From Ramazzottius varieornatus (Eukaryota; Animalia; Tardigrada), in the NCBI GenBank assembly GCA_001949185.1, contig BDGG01000005.1, positions 1,539,249 through 1,603,248 of the forward strand: a DNA stretch of 64,000 nucleotides. The letters are read 5' to 3'. The position numbers and the translations under genes are program-made. Shown here piece by piece: positions 62,104 through 64,000 of this stretch. How positions within the stretch are numbered: position 1 is the first letter of the stretch; the number at the start of each line of letters is the position of its first letter. The notes below the pieces were generated by a model, which saw nothing but the letters and a program-made list of their open reading frames with translations, was not told the origin of the DNA and did no database searches.

Positions 62104-62540
62104 TAGTGTTGTACATTACACGCAGATGGTCCGTGTGATGTGAAGTGTAATGTAAAATAGTGTAGTTGTAAAAGTGTGATTACATTTTACACTAGTTTAC
62201 ATTTTACAGACCGAGCGGTTTTTAACGCCTGAAAGTGACAAGGAGCGACGAAAACGACGAACCAGCTATGTCTATGTTTGCATAGAATATAGATCTTAGT
62301 AACTGTCTTCCAGACAAAGATAAGAATACGGTTGCAGAATGACCATACTCAGGAAGTCTTTGACATTTTTCTGCGTAAGTCAGCCGAATTTTAGATTTCT
62401 GGCGGCAAAATACTCAAAAATACCGCAGATTCTGGCAGGTAAAAGTTGTAATTACGTTTTACATTTACATTACAACTTCCCCGTGGTTGCAATGTCGTGT
62501 AAAAGTGAAATTGTAATGTAAAATGTAATGCTCATCACTA
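62104..62540. mobile_element. hAT-type MITE (437 bp) upstream of DHRS1
   Basis: TIR tagtgttgtacattaca / tgtaatgctcatcacta; perfect 8-bp TSD cttggagg (62096-62103 and 62541-62548); tgtaa/ttaca subterminal repeats. Confidence 0.9.
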
Positions 62541-62699
62541 CTTGGAGGTAGGTGGTTGGCAAGCTTAGTTGAGTTCACAGTTACGGTATGCTTATCGCTT
62601 ATCACGTTTTGTTGTTGACTTGTTGCAGTCGCGGTCGTCAAAACTCAATAGGCGCACGGTTTTCGTTGTGCTACTCATCAAAGAAAAGGACCTGGAAGA

Positions 62700-64000
62700 A
62701 TGGCACTGGCCGGAAAAGTTGCATTGGTGACGGGAGCAACTCGCGGGATTGGAAAAGGAATTGCTTTACAGTTGGCTACTGCTGGAGCTACGGTCTATAT
62801 TACAGGTTCGCTCGCAATCGTTTGCAACTGAAATCGTGGTCTGGACTCTAGATCCAAGATAGATGGTTGTGCATCGCATATTTATGACCATTGTTGTTTG
62901 TGAGAATGTGGAAAGAATGGAACTTGACTTGTGTGTGGGCTGTGGGCAAAGCTCAGGTGACAGGTGGATCACCGTGGATGGGGTCATACCGTGGAGGCAA
63001 AGCTATTTCAAATTCAATCTGGGCAAGGGGACACCAAACTAAAGGGCGAGGGCAGCCAGATTAACAGCTGCGATCTCGCTGAAAGACCAAAACTCAGTGA
63101 GTCCCAACCCATACTTTTCCAGGTCGAACCCTCCAGTCACGAGAAGGCGCTCCTGCACCCGGAAGCCTGAACGAGACGGAAAAAGAGGTACTTCTGCACA
63201 AGATACGCTGTTGCATTTTGCATGTTTTCTTATGTAGAACAAAAAGTATTGCTTACGATTGCTATGGCAAAGCGCTATGTACAGCACTGGACAGTACATG
63301 CGGGTGTGCCTGACGGGTCTGTCATCTGTAACAGGAGTCTCTGCTTGTAGGTTGAGAATCGAGGTGGACGATGCATCGCAGTGGCTTGCGACCACTCTCG
63401 AGATTCGGACATCGATTCGCTCTTCGACCAAATCAACCGCGAACAGAATGGAAGGTTGGACATTTTGGGTACGTTTATGAATACTGTAGATCATCAGTAG
63501 CGTCATATGACCCATAATCATGATGATTTATTCGGACAGTGAACAACGCATATAGTGCTGTGGACGCTATCATGCAGAACTCTGGCAAGCCCTTCTGGAC
63601 GCTCCCGCCAACCTTTTGGGACGAGGTGAACAACGTCGGACTACGGTATGGTATATTCCTTCCCTATACGGTACTAGAAATCCGGTCGTTATTTTGACCA
63701 ATCAAGTTGAGCAGGAACCACTACATCTGCGCTGTGAAAGCTTCTCAAATGATGGTAGCCAGGAAGTCAGGCTTGATTGTGAATATTTCTTCTATGGGTG
63801 GACTGTTGTACCTCTTCACTCCCGCTTATGGAGTGGGGAAAACAGCGGTATGTTTTCCCGATTCTCCGAAGCACCTGTGGGTTGATGTTTTCCTTTATGG
63901 GACCTCACATCGGCCTAACATTTCTTCCTTTGTTTTGTAGTGTGATCGCATGGCTGCGGATTGTGCAATCGAACTGAAGAAGCAGAACGTTGCTTTTGTC
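62700..64000 (+). CDS. DHRS1: Short-chain dehydrogenase/reductase DHRS1, runs off the window end
   Basis: [25 protein letters not shown]...[44 protein letters not shown], catalytic [16 protein letters not shown]. Confidence 0.93.

Noticed and set aside
1-64000. tRNA, rRNA or snRNA genes
   Set aside because: None were recognised by eye; tRNAscan-SE or Infernal would be needed to exclude them.

Overview
This is eukaryotic (animal) genomic DNA with very compact genes and mostly 55-90 nt GT-AG introns. The style is consistent with a small-genome invertebrate such as a tardigrade, but that is inference, not identification. Intact spliced genes: UBXN4 (partial), VPS18, a small Polyhomeotic-like FCS+SAM protein, an astacin protease, a membrane M1 aminopeptidase, an HP1-like chromo/chromoshadow protein, a ~800-aa Ser/Pro/Arg-rich unknown protein, a reticulocalbin/calumenin, PEX3, GTPBP10 and DHRS1 (partial). 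Two transposon graveyards (~30-39.7 kb and ~45.5-62.5 kb) hold nested, mostly dead elements: hAT in an AT-TSD element, pogo in an AAT-TSD element, a CR1/L2-like LINE in a ZNF862-type hAT locus that also carries a signal-peptide + lamin-tail-like ORF, a two-gene PIF/Harbinger element, and several MITEs. The most striking unexplained structure is a dispersed ~125-bp palindrome with core CAAGTGGCGCAC-N25-GTGCGCCACTTG. It occurs at least 10 times in 64 kb, almost always in introns, is best conserved at its inner ends and keeps a near-constant spacer. A second, shorter intronic palindrome (ACCTGCATAC-N30-GTATGCAGGT) shows the same pattern. All splice models and alignments were made by eye; coordinates of spliced genes are outer bounds.
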